From Camelus dromedarius (taxonomy: Eukaryota), in the NCBI RefSeq assembly GCF_036321535.1, contig NC_087437.1, positions 114,268,001 through 114,332,000 of the forward strand: a stretch of DNA of 64,000 nt, written 5' to 3'. The notes beneath the pieces are model-generated. The model had not been told where the DNA came from. It saw nothing but the letters and a program-made list of their open reading frames with translations, and searched no databases. The position numbers and the translations under genes were made by a program. Shown piece after piece: positions 24,446 to 38,568 of this stretch. Each line of letters begins with the position of its first letter. Within the stretch, counting starts at the first letter, position 1.

Positions 24446-24989
24446 GGACAAAAAATTATGTTTCTCTTTCATTTAGAGAGCAGTCCTTTGTGTATACATC
24501 CGGCCTTAAATAAGTACTTTACTATACAAAATATTTTTGACCTCTTAAATTCTGAATCCTTGATTGAAACACAAGAAAAAAGCCACCTTCACTGTTATGC
24601 CCCTTCTTACTTTTCACAAATTGCAGACCATTAAGTTTTTATCAGGTGAGATTCTCTCGCTTCCTAGGGTCCCCCCACAAGGTGTGGACTGAATCTTCCG
24701 GGACTCACTCATTCCAAGCAGAATGTCAGTCACCAACCACAACAGAACAAGTGACTGGAAGGATCCAAAATAGCCACTGAGCCACAGCACCTGGGAATTA
24801 GCTCAGTCCTCTAGGAAGATGATTCCACCAACTTCACATCATTGAGCCTGCATGGTGGGGCATTTCTGCTGTGGCAGTGAAAGTGTGTGCAAGGAAGGGG
24901 ACCCCTCCTGTTCCATCCACTCATCTAATACACTCTCAAGGGGGGACCCGCACCTCCTTTCTGGGGAATCTCCTCCTTTTCCCCACTCC

Positions 24990-25356
24990 ATCCATGTGGC
25001 TGCTGGAGAAGGAGCTGTGAATATGAAGTCATGCCCTTCTGTGGTCAACTTTCAGGCCAATTGGAAAGGTCCCCTAAGAAACAGTATAATTTACAAAAAG
25101 AGAGACCATTTTCTCCCATTTCTCACCCTATGCATCAAAGAAGCTAAGACAAGAAAATCCAGTCTATGGGGAGAAGGATAGAAGGAGGAGCAAATCCAGG
25201 TGGAAAAGGAGAAGAGAATCTCTGAGGTTACTCTTGAGACCCAGCCTAGTTCTTATCTTTGGTACCATAAGACATCTCAGCAACTATTCAACAAATTTCT
25301 TTTCTTTTCTTTTTTTTTGCCTAAGCTAGTTTACGTGGCTTTTCATCACTCACAGC
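24990..25356 (+). mobile_element. Old MaLR LTR (MLT1K/L-like)
   Basis: 3' motif ttgcctaagctagtttacgtggcttttcatcactcacagc; highly diverged. Confidence 0.45.
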
Positions 25357-27010
25357 TGGTAGGTACACATTCATAGAAACTCCCCCTTTAGCCTCCCTTT
25401 AATCGACTACAAACACACTTAAGGCTGCCACCTGGCTATAAATCCATCTATGGCCATATGGAAGCCAGCACCACATGCAAAGTAAACCAGGTTCCGAGTA
25501 GCACACCCTGCCTCAGGGAAGGCTGGAAGATGGTCCATTTATCCAGCAAACAGTACAGAACTTAATATATGCATGGCAGCCTTGCAAGGTATTACACGAT
25601 GCTACCTTGTTCAGTGAAACATCCACCCAACATCTCAGGAATCTTTGTCAAGATCTTTTTAATCTTGACCATTAAAAAAAAAAGTCAATGAAGGGTTCAT
25701 TCACAACTCCCCTAAAGTCTTCTTTTCACGTCTTAAAAGCTCCCTTACACAGAGGCATCTCCCACCTCTCTTCAAACTTCTAGAATCCCTCCTGCCATCA
25801 CCACCCCCAAGCTTACCCAGTATGATCCATTGTCACTCATCCTTTTGACAAATATGTGTGCCAAACATTTCAAGAAGCAGGATAAATTGGAGGGCAGGTC
25901 AAGCAAAATTCCTGATCTTGTGGAGCTTACATTTTTCAACAGAGAAATAAACCTTTCAATCTGTTTGATCAGATGTATTCTCTTCTATATGTAACTTTCT
26001 AACATAATTCAATGAAGACGTTTTCCCTTGCCTGTCACTCACATTCTGTCCAACAAAGGCTTGTGTGCTGACCTGAAATACACAGAATTCTTCCAGGAAT
26101 CTTTCTAAGCAAGGAAGCAATTGTGAATACCCATTCTTGAACTATTTTTCATGTCATACACTCTAGGTATAATAATGGTTGGGTATACAATTCATAATTA
26201 CAATATAGAGAGATATGGATATATAAATGCATACATATACAGGTGTGTGCGTGTGCATTTGTATATATGCCAATGAAAGAGTCAGTCTCTGTGAGATGGG
26301 ATTTCAGAGAAAGGACAGTTAAGTCAGTTATGTGAAAAGAGAGAAAGCTTCCTGGAGGACATAGCCTTGGGAAGACAAGTAAGTCCAGGCATAGGTGTGG
26401 CATTGTAAATAGGAAGAATTTACGAGCAAACAGAGAGAGGAAGGGAGGTGGGGAAAGGTCAGTAGACTGGTAGACCTGGCTGTCCGGGAGGCTCCATGTA
26501 CAGGAGGTGGCAGGGCTATGCAACAGACCTGGGCCTCACTGGGAGGGACACAAGAGTCAACAAATGCATCTGCATCAGAGCCTCCAGGGAAGAGTTGGCT
26601 GCTGAAGGTTGTGGGGGAAAGGAGGAGGGTGGAGTCATTGAAACTTAGTACAGGAAGGGAAATTAAAGGGCGTCTAATCCTCCCACCCTGTAATCCTGTA
26701 TTTTATGAGTAAAATAACTGAGACAGAGCAGAGATTATAACCCCAGGGTCCTAACACTTCTCACTGCTCCCATTCCGTGATCTTCCAGCAATGCATCACT
26801 GTCTTAATGAAAGACCGAACTCGTGCAACTGGTATAAAGGGAGCATAATGGGGTGGGGGAGGGGTGGCTACTAGAAATTCATTTAAATTTTCTAGCTTAG
26901 GACTAAGTACAATGTGAAAATGGCCTTAAAGTAAGGTGTTAGGGTTGTAGAGGACAGATGCAAACAATTATGACAATGATAATAAAGTAGGTATGCATGT
27001 GTGTTAGCGT

Positions 27011-27034
27011 GCACACACACACACACACACACAC
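27011..27034. repeat. (CA)n microsatellite
   Basis: Read directly. Confidence 0.9.
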
Positions 27035-27746
27035 CCTAAATTGAGCTTCTGGGAAGACAATGTAGATGGAAGATGCCTCCAGGCTTGAAGCCCATCCACC
27101 CAGCACTATCCCTATTACAGAGAATAAGTTCTCATTCTCTTCCTTAAACGAAAGAATGACTGTGATGAGAGGAGAGAGAACAGGGCCACTTCCCCTCCTC
27201 TTCCGGTCTTAACGGTGTGTTTCTGTCTCCTTGGTGTTTATTGTCAAGGAAATCAAAACGATTTTCAACTGCTGAGTTTCCTCCTCTAGCCACCCACACT
27301 CAGCTGTGATTGTGGGCACCCAGGACGGTAACTAGGAATTCCATGCCTTCCTGGGCCTTAGGGAAACCCAAAATGGGTCCCAACAAATACTATGGGAAAA
27401 CAGACAGACTGAGAACAGACCCGGGCAGCTGGAGTCTCAAGGCTCCACCCCTAAGATGTGCAGAGTCAGGAGGAGAAACACTACCGGGCCCTAAGGATTC
27501 ACGATACTCCTGACCCGGAAGTCAAACTCACTTCCTGATCAGGCTCCAGTGATTTCCTACAGCCACTCTTAGCTTCCAAATCAAATTTCAACTATGGAAC
27601 TCACTGTGCACACTGAGCCAGGGCAGCAGAGAATTTAGCCCTCTCCAAAAAGCAAGGATATGTGGGAAGGGCTTCTCTCCAGATGTGGGGACCCTGAGGC
27701 AAAAGACTGCACCCCTCTGCCATCACACACACACCCTCTCACTCAA

Positions 27747-27885
27747 TTTTTTTTCTCTTTTTTAGGGGGGAGGTAATTAGGTTTATTTATTTGTTTGTTT
27801 GTTTTTTAATGGAGGTACTGGGGATTGAACCCAGGATCTTGTGCATGCTAAGCAGGTACTCTACCACTGAGCTACACCTTCCCCC
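27747..27885 (-). mobile_element. tRNA-Ala-derived SINE (camelid Vic-1-like)
   Basis: Antisense of ggggaaggtgtagctcagtggtagag...ctgggttcaatccccagtacctcc, with the AAACCTAATTAC tail motif. Flanking repeat ctcaattttt. Confidence 0.9.
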
Positions 27886-29169
27886 TACCACCACCTCAAT
27901 TTTTATATTGTTGTGCCTCAAAGGGAAAATCAACATCAATGGCCCTTGTGAAGAAAAAAAGAAACCACAAAAGGTGGAAGGGGTGGAGGGAGGAAAACAC
28001 TGGAATGAGGATGGTAGCCCATCTATGCCTGAGTGAGCCCTGAACTTGTTTTCTCATTGGTAGAAGCACCACCTGTGTATGGAGTTCAGCCCATCTTCTG
28101 CAGCAACATGGGGGAGCTCCACCCACCCCGGGGGCCGTAACATCTGCGTGCTGTAACAGAAAGATTTCTCTGGACCAAGGAGCTGGTTTGAATAAGTCAG
28201 TCGTCTCCACATCGTTCAGGATTAAGTATCATCATATAAAGGATTAAGTGTAGATTTCAGCTCACAGGTAAACCCAATACTTCATAAAGTAATTTAGAAC
28301 AGAAAAATGGAAGAGGTAAACATTTCAGTAGAAAATTACATTCACGAAAATTCACAAAGTAAGCATGTTTATTAAATTAATTGCATAGAAAAATGATAGA
28401 AAAGGAAGGGAGAGAGAAAGGACATTTCCCTTGATACACAATGTCTAAAAGAGGCCGGGGGCAGGACACCCCAACCTAAAATAGCTCTCTCGCTCTGAGT
28501 TCTGTGGTCTTTCAGCAAAAGTTACCTTTTCTGGCTTTTCGCTTGTTACTGAACTGCAGTGTGAAATATTGAAAAGAAAATGACTACAGAGAACCTATTT
28601 AGACCTTCCTGGCAAGACCCAAACTGGAGGAGAGGAGGGAACGAGCTGTTTATCCTGACGGAGGATTTCCTTACCAGAACACGGAAAACATTCTTTTTGT
28701 CAAATATGGTTAATAGTCACCCAGCAACACAAAGAGTAGTTTCAGTAGCTTAAAATCAACATGAGGTGACTGGGAGAGGTGTGACTGTGCCCCCACCGAC
28801 AGAGCATGAGCTAACTCAAGGCCATATCTTGGACAGGGACAGTGTTGTTGGTGAGTGTATGAGGAAAATATCGTTACCTCATGCACTTTCCACCAAGGAA
28901 AATGTTGTCACCTGCTTAGTAGGTAGCGTAGACATGCCCAGCCAAGAGCTAGGCAAGCAGTAGTATTATTAACACATCCTCAAAAATGCCTTGAAAGACA
29001 CAGCTGTGTTCTTCAAACAGGAGGAACGAGGATGCCCTCCCCCACTCAACTTCCTGTTCTGATAGGAGTGACTAATATTTTGCAGCATTCCAACTGACCT
29101 CCTCTCTCAGCTCTGTGGGTATATCCCCTGGCGGCAGGGGCCTCTGAACAGAGCATCTGTGATGGAAAC

Positions 29170-29310
29170 AGCATGGAATGATGGAAAAACCTTGGGTCTG
29201 CAACTTGGCCATGTAGGTTCTGCTCCCAACTCTGCCAGTAACCAGCTGGGTTTCCCAAGATGATTCACTGCCTCTCTGGACCATAATTTCCTAAAGATCT
29301 TTCAACTCCA
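29170..29310 (+). mobile_element. MIR fragment
   Basis: ggttctgctcccaactctgccagtaaccagctg...ctctctggaccataatttcc. Confidence 0.55.
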
Positions 29311-29521
29311 ACATGGGAAAGATAAAGTCATGGAGTTAGGAAATTCTTTGTGGTTTTTACAAACTTCATATACTTTCTTTTATAAACCAAAATAAGAATA
29401 TTGGCATGTATGGGGTGTGCTAGGTGACTCTGAGCTTATTTTGAGCTTTGAAATTTGACTAACAAAAACCTGAAGCAGTAAACCCTAAAAGCAGACGAAG
29501 TCCTTGAAGAGTTTGCACCTG

Positions 29522-30006
29522 CTACGGTAGATTTCAAATACGGTTCAAAACCTTTGTAGCCACTCCCACCAAGGGCGAAGGCCATTTCCCCGCCCCTTTA
29601 ACCTGGCCATGTGACTCGCTTTAACAAATAGAAGGCAGCAGATGTGACACCGGGCCACTTCTAAGCTTAGTCCTTAAATACCCTGTAGCTTTCGTCTGCT
29701 CTTTTAAGAACACTGCCACCACGTGAGCAGACCCCTCTAACCTATTGAAAGATGAGGAACTTTTGGCATAGACACCACATCATACCAACCCCTAGCCAAA
29801 GAAATATGCGAATGAGCCCTCTGGGACCAGCTACCTCCTAGCTGACCCACCAAATGACCACAGACTCGTAAGCCCAGCCAAGATCAGCCAAGTTCAAATC
29901 AGACCAAAAGAGCCACCTATCAGAACCATGAGCGAAATAAATGGTTGTTGCTTTAAGCCTTCTAATTTTGGGGGTGTTCACAATGCAGCAATAGCTAACT
30001 GATATA
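29522..30006 (+). mobile_element. MaLR LTR (MLT1G/H-like)
   Basis: gtgactcgctttaacaaatagaag...aataaatggttgttgctttaagcc...gcagcaatagctaactgata. Confidence 0.82.
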
Positions 30007-30224
30007 CCTAGTTTGTCTAAAACAAAGGCTAGCCTAGACATTATTATGTGTTATGTTTTAGATATTATAAAATAAGTAGTTTGTTCTTAGCAACCTCCCT
30101 GCCCACCCTGCTTTTGTCCTTATCCTCACTGACACAGCACCCTCTCTGTCTAAGATATGACTGCGTAGTGTCACCTCCAGCCTTCCTGTCCCAGAGGGAA
30201 AAAAATTTAAGGACCAGTTTAAAC

Positions 30225-30400
30225 AAATATATGACTAGTAAGAGTATTTTTAGATGCATTGTCTCACTAAATTGCTTTGATTTTTATAACAATTTGTGAA
30301 ATAATAAATATCATTCCCATTTTACAGATTAGGAAATAGGAGCTCAGACAGGAAAAAGCCTGCCCATGACCCCTAAGCTAGTAGGTGGTCTCTCAACTCT
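30225..30400 (-). mobile_element. MIR fragment
   Basis: MIR core atcattcccattttacagattaggaaa...gctcaga. Confidence 0.65.
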
Positions 30401-30781
30401 AAACCTCATTCTCCCCTTCAAGTTGTTTCTCTTCATCCAGGATATTTGCATTTCAAAAAAGGAATTAGCATTTCAAAAAAAAAAAGGAGTTTGCATTCCT
30501 GGAGGACTGGCCGTGCTAGAAATTCAAGCACTAATTCATGCAATAGATTATAGAGAACATTTTAGGGAAGCCATTTCTGACATCCCTTAAATTATATAAT
30601 TTGAGAAAGCATTGGCTCCTCCTCTACCAGAGACCTGAAAAAAGGAGTCCATTTAAGCAGTGTGCCCTTTAGTTACACACTCATAAAGTAACTGTGCATT
30701 ACCGTTTTATTGAAGGATGACGTCAAGACTTTCCTTGGAGGAAGGCATCACTGCCTCTCATTCATGACTGTGAATGTAAGC

Positions 30782-30968
30782 CAGTGGTTCTCAAAGTGTG
30801 GTCTCTGGACCAGCGGCGTCAGCTCCACCTGGGACCTTGTGGAAACTAAAAGTTCTAGGGTTCCACCCCAGAGCTGCTGAATCAAAATTTGGGAGGTGCA
30901 GTTGAGCCACCTGTTTTTTGACAAATCCTCCAGGTCACTGTGATGGACACCCAACTGTGAGAACCACT
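30782..30968 (+). mobile_element. MER5A-like hAT-Charlie element
   Basis: Terminal inverted repeats CAGTGGTTCTC...GAGAACCACT, about 190 bp. Confidence 0.85.
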
Positions 30969-31011
30969 AACTCAGCCTATGGTACGCGCTCGACCTGATG
31001 ACATCAGAGAG

Positions 31012-31225
31012 CAGGGGTCGGTGAACTGCAGCCTGGGGGCCAAGTCCAGCCAGCCACCTGCTTTTGTAAATAAAGTTCCATTGGAATACGATGCTGCCAT
31101 CCTTTTATGGATTGTCTATGGCATCACAAGGGTGGAGTCAAGTAGTTGAGAGTGAGACCATGTGGAAATCAAAACCAAGACTGTAGATTATCAGGCTCTT
31201 CACAGAAAAAGTTCACTAACCTCTG
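31012..31225 (+). mobile_element. MER58A-like hAT-Charlie element
   Basis: caggggtcgg..aact...cctgcttttgtaaataaagtt...acagaaaaagttcactaacctctg. Confidence 0.82.
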
Positions 31226-31349
31226 TCCTGGAGGGTAACTGCTTTAGGATGCAGGTTATATATGCAAACAATACGAGGTGGAATTCCAACTCTACAATTT
31301 CCTAGCTGGGTTGCCGTCAGTGTCTTTACTCTAAGGTCATCTCCACCTC

Positions 31350-31542
31350 AATCGATCATTCTAGCTCCAGAGTTCCCTGTGGGACTGACTAGGCTGTAAC
31401 TCTGCCCTTGTCCTGTTCACTCCTGCCTCCTCCCCCTCCATCCCTGTCACAGGTGTTGCTTCCAAGGACCCTCCTTAGCCAACATCCTACAAGCCAACGT
31501 CTGTTCAGAGTTGACCTCTGAGTGTACCCAATCCATGGCAAT
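31350..31542 (+). mobile_element. ERVL LTR16-like 3' fragment
   Basis: cacaggtgttgcttccaaggaccctccttagccaacatcctacaagcc...tcagagt. Confidence 0.6.
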
Positions 31543-31587
31543 CCCAGACTTGAAGATGACGTTCGGAATTGTCTGACATAAAATACC

Positions 31588-32093
31588 ACGATCAGCAGAA
31601 TAACGCCCTTCTCAAGGATGTCCCCACCCTAGTCTGCAGAACCCAGGAAACTTACATGGTAAAAAGGACTTTGCAGATGTGAATAAGCTAAGGAATCTCA
31701 GACGCAAAGATTGCTAGCCTGGATTATCTGGGTGGACCCAGCTAATCACATGAATCCTTAAAAACTAAGAAATCTGCCTGGAAGTTCAGGTCAGAGGGAG
31801 ATCTGACTAAGGAAGAGGGATCTGAGAGCTGCAACGCTGACGGCTTGAAGATTTAGGAAGAGACCATGGGCCAAGGATTGTGGGTGGCCTGGAGAAGCTG
31901 GAGAAGGCAAGGAAATGAATTCTTCCTTAAAGCCTTCAGAAAGAAATGCAGCCCTGGCGAAACCTTCATTTTAGCCCAGTGAGACCCAGGTCGGACTCCT
32001 GACCTACAGAACTGTACGATAAAAAATGCATGTTATTTTAAGCCACTAAATTTGTAGTAATTTGTTAGAGCAGCCATAGAAAACTAATAGACA
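31588..32093 (+). mobile_element. MaLR solo LTR (MLT1D-like)
   Basis: aaaaggactttgcagatgtga...cctggattatctgggtgg...ttttaagccactaaatttgtagtaatttgtt...aaactaata. Confidence 0.87.
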
Positions 32094-32221
32094 TAGAGAC
32101 AATTGACAAGTATAAAATTCAGAGTGAGAGGCTATAGGACATGAGGGCACCTCAGAGAGCCCGGGGTCACTCTCATGTCGCCTGAGAAGCTTCTGAGCCT
32201 GATAATCAAGAAAGATGAACC

Positions 32222-32459
32222 GCGGGGTGGGGAAGGATAAATTGGGAGTTCTGGATTTGCAGATACAAACTACTATCTATAAAATAGATAAACAACAAGG
32301 TCCTACTGTATAGCACAGGGAACTATATTCAATACCTTGCAATAGCCCATAATGAAAAAGAATATAAAAAGGAATATATATGTGCATAAATGAATCACTA
32401 TGCTGTACACCAAAAATTAACACAACATTGTAAATCGACTATACTTCAATTTTAAAAAA
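32222..32459 (+). mobile_element. Young 5'-truncated L1 3' end
   Basis: L1 3'UTR with poly-A. 14-bp TSD AAGAAAGATGA(A/G)CC at 32208-32221 and 32460-32473. Confidence 0.92.
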
Positions 32460-33815
32460 AAGAAAGATGAGCCAGTATTAAGATTTCACAAATAGAAAAA
32501 AAAAAGGGGGAGTCAAATATGGACTCAAAACCAAAAGTCAGAGGACAGATGTACACCTGTGATGGAGTTGCTTCTGCCCTGGGCAACTCCACAGACTCCG
32601 AGGGGAGGGGCACGGGATTTTCTGATTTTGTGACAATCAGTGATTCTCCCCCTTGCAGTGGAGGGGAGTGGCTGGTTAACAATGAGGACTTTGATCATCA
32701 CATATTTCATGAAGAATTATGCATCAAACTTCTGTAGTTGACACCAACCTCCTTGTTTAGCACAGTGGGGCATTTTGATAGCTCAGGGGAAAAAATGGTG
32801 ACGAACAATCCAGTTACAATAGTCCATTCGTTCGGGCTCAGTCACTGGGCATTCACAGAGCTTCATGAAGTCCCTTATTCATTCGGAGCAAGACACACTT
32901 GCTTGCACAGCACAGTTCACACCATTACACAGGTTGTCAAAGCTGGAAGGAAACTCGGTGTCATCTATCTAATCCTGTCCTTTTCTGGGTGAGGAAATTA
33001 AGGACCCAAACAGTCACGTTAGTCACCAAAGGCCACCCACCCAGTTCCCGTGGGCCCCAGGACTCAGCTCCAGCCCTTGACCGCTGGGCTAGGGCTCTCT
33101 CCTTCCAACCTGGCTGAGGCCACCTAGGATCCTAGAGCAGAGGGGCCAGATCACAGCCAGCGCCACCAAGCACATGAGCGTCCGGCCAGCCAGTAATCTC
33201 ACCCTTTTCAACAGTACTGTTTAAGTATCTGTGCTACATTTTTGGGGGGACAACATTTATTTCTATTAATAAAAAATTATACACAGAAACCAATTCACCT
33301 CCTAATTCACTTTCCCAGTCCAAAGCAGCATCCATATTCTAAAAGAAATGATGGGAGAACAGCTCTTAATATTCTACCTCACTAACCAGACAGAGCTTTG
33401 GGAGGCATGTAAAGGGTTTAAAATGTGTAAAACAAATTAAACTGATTGTTCCCAGGAACTGGCACGGCAGAATGCATTGTTCGGGTTCAGAATTTCAGTG
33501 TCTATGACTTTATGTTTCCAGGGCAATAATACTCCACAGACAGAGGTCTGGGCAAGTGGGGAGTGGTTTGGGGTTTTTTTGTTATTTCCACTGTACTATC
33601 TTCGGTGGCCCAAGTCAGACTTCCTTGGTCGTGTTAGTTGTGGTGTAAGGAACCCTAAGTTAACTGGTGTAACATTTACAGAGATGTTTAAATTCACTGC
33701 TACAGCTCAGGGCCTCGGGCAGCTGCCCAGCTGGCCCAGCCCTTACTCCAGTTCTGACTGTAGGCACCTCTTCACCTCTTGGTGGATGGGAAAGGGAATA
33801 TCAAAAGGATGCTTG

Positions 33816-34044
33816 AACTGGCAGTTCGAGATTTGCAGATGCTCACTATGTATAAAATAGATACATAACACGTTTCTTCTCTACAGCACAGGGGACTCTA
33901 TCGATATCCTGTTGTAACCTGTAATGAAAAAGAATATGAAAACGAATGTATGTATGTGTATGAATGACTGAAACATTGTGCTGTACACCAGAAATTGACA
34001 CAACACTGTAAATTGACTAATTTCAATTTAAAAAAAAAAAAAAA
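33816..34044 (+). mobile_element. Young 5'-truncated L1 3' end
   Basis: Same 3'UTR family (gctgtacaccagaaattgacacaacactgtaa) with poly-A. Imperfect TSD aaaggatgcttg/aaagattcttg. Confidence 0.9.
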
Positions 34045-34225
34045 GATTCTTGGGTCCAGCCCCAGGAGAGCACCATGTTGTTTCAGAGGAGAATCAGCAG
34101 TTTAGGTGGATGCTGAAGTGAAGACACTCGGACCACATGATCCAGGTTTATCCTCAGAGTGGGATCCCCACACTAATGCCTGTCTCTGCGGAGCCTGCTC
34201 TATAGCAGTTAGTCTCTGTCTGTAT

Positions 34226-34715
<490 letters not shown>

Positions 34716-35544
34716 CAGCAGACATTCTGTTCATAACAGCCGGACTAGAAACTATCCAAATGTCCATCAACAACTGAATGTGAAAGCTGTACCCTTAGGT
34801 GCATGTCTGTTACCTTCCAATTCAAAGTTTTAAAACTTAAGTACAATGGTTCTGCCCCTTGACCAGGTATCCTCTGACCCCAGTCCTGAAAGGAAGCACC
34901 CTCACTGGCTCCGTGTGCCCAGGAGGGGCAAATAAAAGCAGAGGCTTGAGGAAATCAATTCTGAAATTGGACCACCAAGATAATTCATGGGGAAAAAAGA
35001 AAAGAAAGAAAAATGTTTCCAAACCACCTAATTGAAACCCAGTGATTCTGTCTACAAAGAAATACACCATGGCATTATGATAAGTCACCTTTCATTCCAG
35101 ACCCTTTCTACATGCACATTGCCAAAAATTTGGTTCACTTCTCCAAAAGACTTAGTAAATGGCCCCACTGTTTACTAAAGAGCTGGTCTTGAAGAGCAGG
35201 AAAAAGTTTATAAGCTGCTAATGAGGGTTTAGCACCCTTTGAGGGACAAACAGCTCCAGTCAGCAGCTCCGCAGAGGGAAATGAGCCCCCGGGCCCAGCA
35301 GGCACCAGCCAGGAGGCACAGTCCTGCATTGATCGCTAGGTAATGTGGCCAAAAAAGAGGTCTGGGTTAATTATCATTCCACAGACTCAGTGGCAAACCT
35401 GCTAAGCCTCACATCTCTGAGTTCTCCAAACTTCCAGACAGATAACCAGAAAGCAACATACTCACAACAGTGACAGCTAGATTGTGACTGCCCTAAGCCA
35501 CTTCTCCTTTTGATTTAAGGGGCATTTTCCTCTGGAAGGGAGAT

Positions 35545-36370
35545 TTCATTCATTCATTTAGCGAGCATTCACGAAGTGCCGACTTTGCACCAGACACCCT
35601 TACAGACGCTGCAGAGGCAACACTAAACAAGGTCTTCAAAGTCCCTGCCCACTAGGAGATGATATTCTGGTGGACAAGACAGAAAAACAAACAATCATGT
35701 CGCTACCCGGAATAAGGTTTAGGTAGCAACTGCGGCTCTGAGGAAAAACCAAGCTGGATGAGGAGCTAGATCCTGGTGGGAGCTTCCGCTTCAGAAAAGG
35801 GCATCTCATTAATTTCTCCCCAAGAGGGGGTCTTGTAAGCCGGGGTAAGAAATGCAGATTTTTTTTTTCTTATATTGTCGGAAACTGTTGGAAGTTTTTA
35901 TGCAATGAAACCATAGAACCTGATTGTAGATTTGAAGGATGACTTTAGCTGCTGTGTAGAGAATGGATTTTAGGGGGGCAAGAGTAGTAGCTGAAGGGGG
36001 AGGGTGTAGCTCAAGTGGTAGAGCGCATGCGTAGCATGTATGAGGTCCTGGGTTCAATCCCCAGTACCTCCTCTAAAAATAAATAAATAAGTAAACCTAA
36101 TTACTCCCTCCAAAAAAATAAAATAAAAAATTTTTAATTAATTTCATTTAAAAAAAGAGTGGAAGTCGAGAGCTTCGGGGAAAGCGCAGAGATGGTGGTG
36201 GAGACGTAGAGATACAGGAGAGTATGCACAGATCCTCAGTGTTTGGGAGGTTGAGACCTCCTCGTCTCATGAATGGTTCGATTGTAGGTTTTGAGAGGAA
36301 GGAATGAAGGATGACGCCTACTTTTTGGCTTGAGCCAAAGTGAATGGTGGTGCCATTTACTGCGACATTT
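35545..36370 (-). mobile_element. L2 fragment, interrupted by a SINE
   Basis: ttcattcattcatttagcgagcatt...gctgctgtgtagagaatggatt...aaggatgacgccta..ttttggcttgag. Confidence 0.7.
35996..36154 (+). mobile_element. tRNA-Ala-derived SINE (Vic-1-like)
   Basis: gggggagggtgtagctcaagtggtagagcgcatg...gggttcaatccccagtacctcc, with an AT-rich tail containing aaacctaattac. Degenerate TSD beginning aagagt. Confidence 0.9.
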
Positions 36371-36959
36371 CTGCCTTCTGATCCACATGAGAAAAAGATC
36401 CTTTTGCCTATGGGATTCCGCCCTTCATCTCCACCGTCTAGAGAAGCCAGAATGGGCTTGGACATATTCCTACATACAGAAAAATGGTAGTCTCATTATT
36501 TTATTTCTGCCCTTAGAGGCTGTAACTTTGGGAGCACACAATTCATAAATAAATTCAGAGTAGCTTATTTATCTTGTCTTTTTTCCATTTGATTGAAATC
36601 CTGGGCATTGGTTTCTCCTAGGATGATGAATTTGGCTAGAATGTTGTCACATTTATTCAAGACTAATATGGTGTTATCTAGTACAAGAAACAGATGAGAA
36701 ATCATTCCTGCAGGACTGAAGCTCAGACGTGGCTCAAAGGAAACTTCTGAGACATAAGGAAATCATTGGAACACAAACATTAGACAGTCTTGGGCTGAGC
36801 TAGAAAAAGCCTTAGTTCACCCCAAAATGTAGTATTTATAGGCATGGGCAAAGAGTAAGGAATTAACTTGAGTGCACTGTAGTTGTGTTTCAAAGGTGGA
36901 TTTTCTTAGCACTGTTTGAGAGCACTGAACTTTGGACTAGCGATTAACCAACCTGGGAA

Positions 36960-37750
36960 AATCAGCCAGTCAACAAATATTTACGGAGGCACTTCTATCT
37001 TCCAAGTAGCATGGAGGGGACGGTGAGAAGCAAAATAAACCTGCTCACTTCCCCTGTGGAACTGATGGTCTAAAGGGAAAGGGGGAATAGGCAAAGTGGT
37101 TATAAATTATGAAATATTTGCAAATGAGAAGTATGAGGCTGTGGGAATGCATTTAGGGGAGAACCAACCTAGTCCAGGGAGTTATACTGAGACAGGAAAG
37201 ATGAGTGGGTGTCAACGAGACAAAGAGAAAAGAATCACTGTATTCAGAGCAAACAACACCAACCAGGGCCAAGAGGGTATGGTGTGGCATTTTCAAGGAA
37301 TGAAGAGGTCAAGGAACTCTGAGGAATGAAGAGGAAAGCACTTGGGACAGAGGGATGGAAGAAGGGGTGGGGTCAGCAAGGGTCAGATCAGGCAGTTAGG
37401 ATCTTACAAGCTGTGTGTGTTGTTTATTCTAAAGGCAATAGGAAGCCACTAAGTGGTTGTAAGTAGAAGAATCAAGGGTTGGGTTTGTAAAGACCATTCT
37501 GGCAGCAGGATGGGAAGAGATGATGGGACAAGAGTGCTTGTGGCTAGAGATGGAGGAGGTTTGATGAGTCAGGACGGGGAATGGGAGCTGGAGCGCTATC
37601 AGGAAGCAGGGTCAGCAGGACCAGGTAATGGACGGATGGGTGACCACAGGCAGGGTGGGGCGGAGGCAGGTGTGGAGGGCAAGGAGATGCTGAGGTCAAT
37701 CAGGATTCCTGGATTTCCGGTCTGAGCATTCTGCCGACATAGAGAACTCC
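36960..37750 (-). mobile_element. L2 fragment
   Basis: caacaaatattta..gcac...tttattctaaaggcaataggaagccact...aaagaccattctggcagcag. Confidence 0.7.
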
Positions 37751-38423
37751 AGAAGTTTGCATGAGTCTCTCTACTCACTTCCAGCGCCCACGCTAGGTAA
37801 GAGGCACGCCTCCTAGAAGGAAGTCTAGATGAACATCAAAGCAATCAAAGGGACAGAGAGACCATCTGAGAGCCTGATAGACACGGAAAGCCAGAGAGAA
37901 GGAAAAACCTGGTAACCATCGATAAGTATAATTAAGCCCTCCTTCCCTCTGATAAGATGAGCAGGAAGTCACAAAACGTGGGGCTGGTTGGGATTAGAGA
38001 AGCAAGATGGAGCAACTGCCGCCGCCCTGTGGTTTTCAGCGTGGCTAGACGTGAAGGCATCGTTCTGGTCGAGGTCCCGCCATATGTAGGACAGATGCCA
38101 GCACAGAGAAAAGGCGTCAGCTGTGCGGAGCTGAAAGGGGCTTCTCTTCCTTTTAGCAGAGGCTTGGACCGCATATGAGGAGACTGAACACAGAAGCCAG
38201 AACACTGTAAGGCAGAAAGGAACAGCAGAACACCAGTGATTGGTCCTGAAGTGAGAGGTTTTTGCAAAAAGGAGAGCACACACTGACATGCACGATATGT
38301 GATATTTTCTGCTCACTAAACCTCCTCCTCACTCTGTGAGGAGAGAGTTATTCCAGGATCACAGATGGGCTCAGGGGTGCTGGCAAAAGGTTTGAAATCT
38401 GTCATTCATAAGATTCCACGGGA

Positions 38424-38568
38424 GGGGAGGGTATAGCTCAGTGGTAGAGCATGTGCTTAGTATCCACGAGGTCCTGGGTTCCATCCCCAGTACCTCCATT
38501 GAACAAAAATAATAAATAAATAAACCTAATTACCTCCTCACCACCAACAACAACAAAAGAACGCCATC
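38424..38568 (+). mobile_element. tRNA-Ala-derived SINE (Vic-1-like)
   Basis: ggggagggtatagctcagtggtagagc...ccccagtacctcc. TSD AGATTCCA(C/T)GG at 38411-38421 and 38569-38579. Confidence 0.92.

Noticed and set aside
30448..30500. Short tandem duplication of gcatttcaaaaaaggaatta
   Set aside because: Ordinary slippage duplication; no spacers and nothing CRISPR-like.
35996..36070. tRNA-Ala-like sequences here and at about 27810-27885, 38424-38498 and 50729-50802
   Set aside because: They are SINE heads with AT-rich tails, TSDs and disrupted stems, not tRNA genes.
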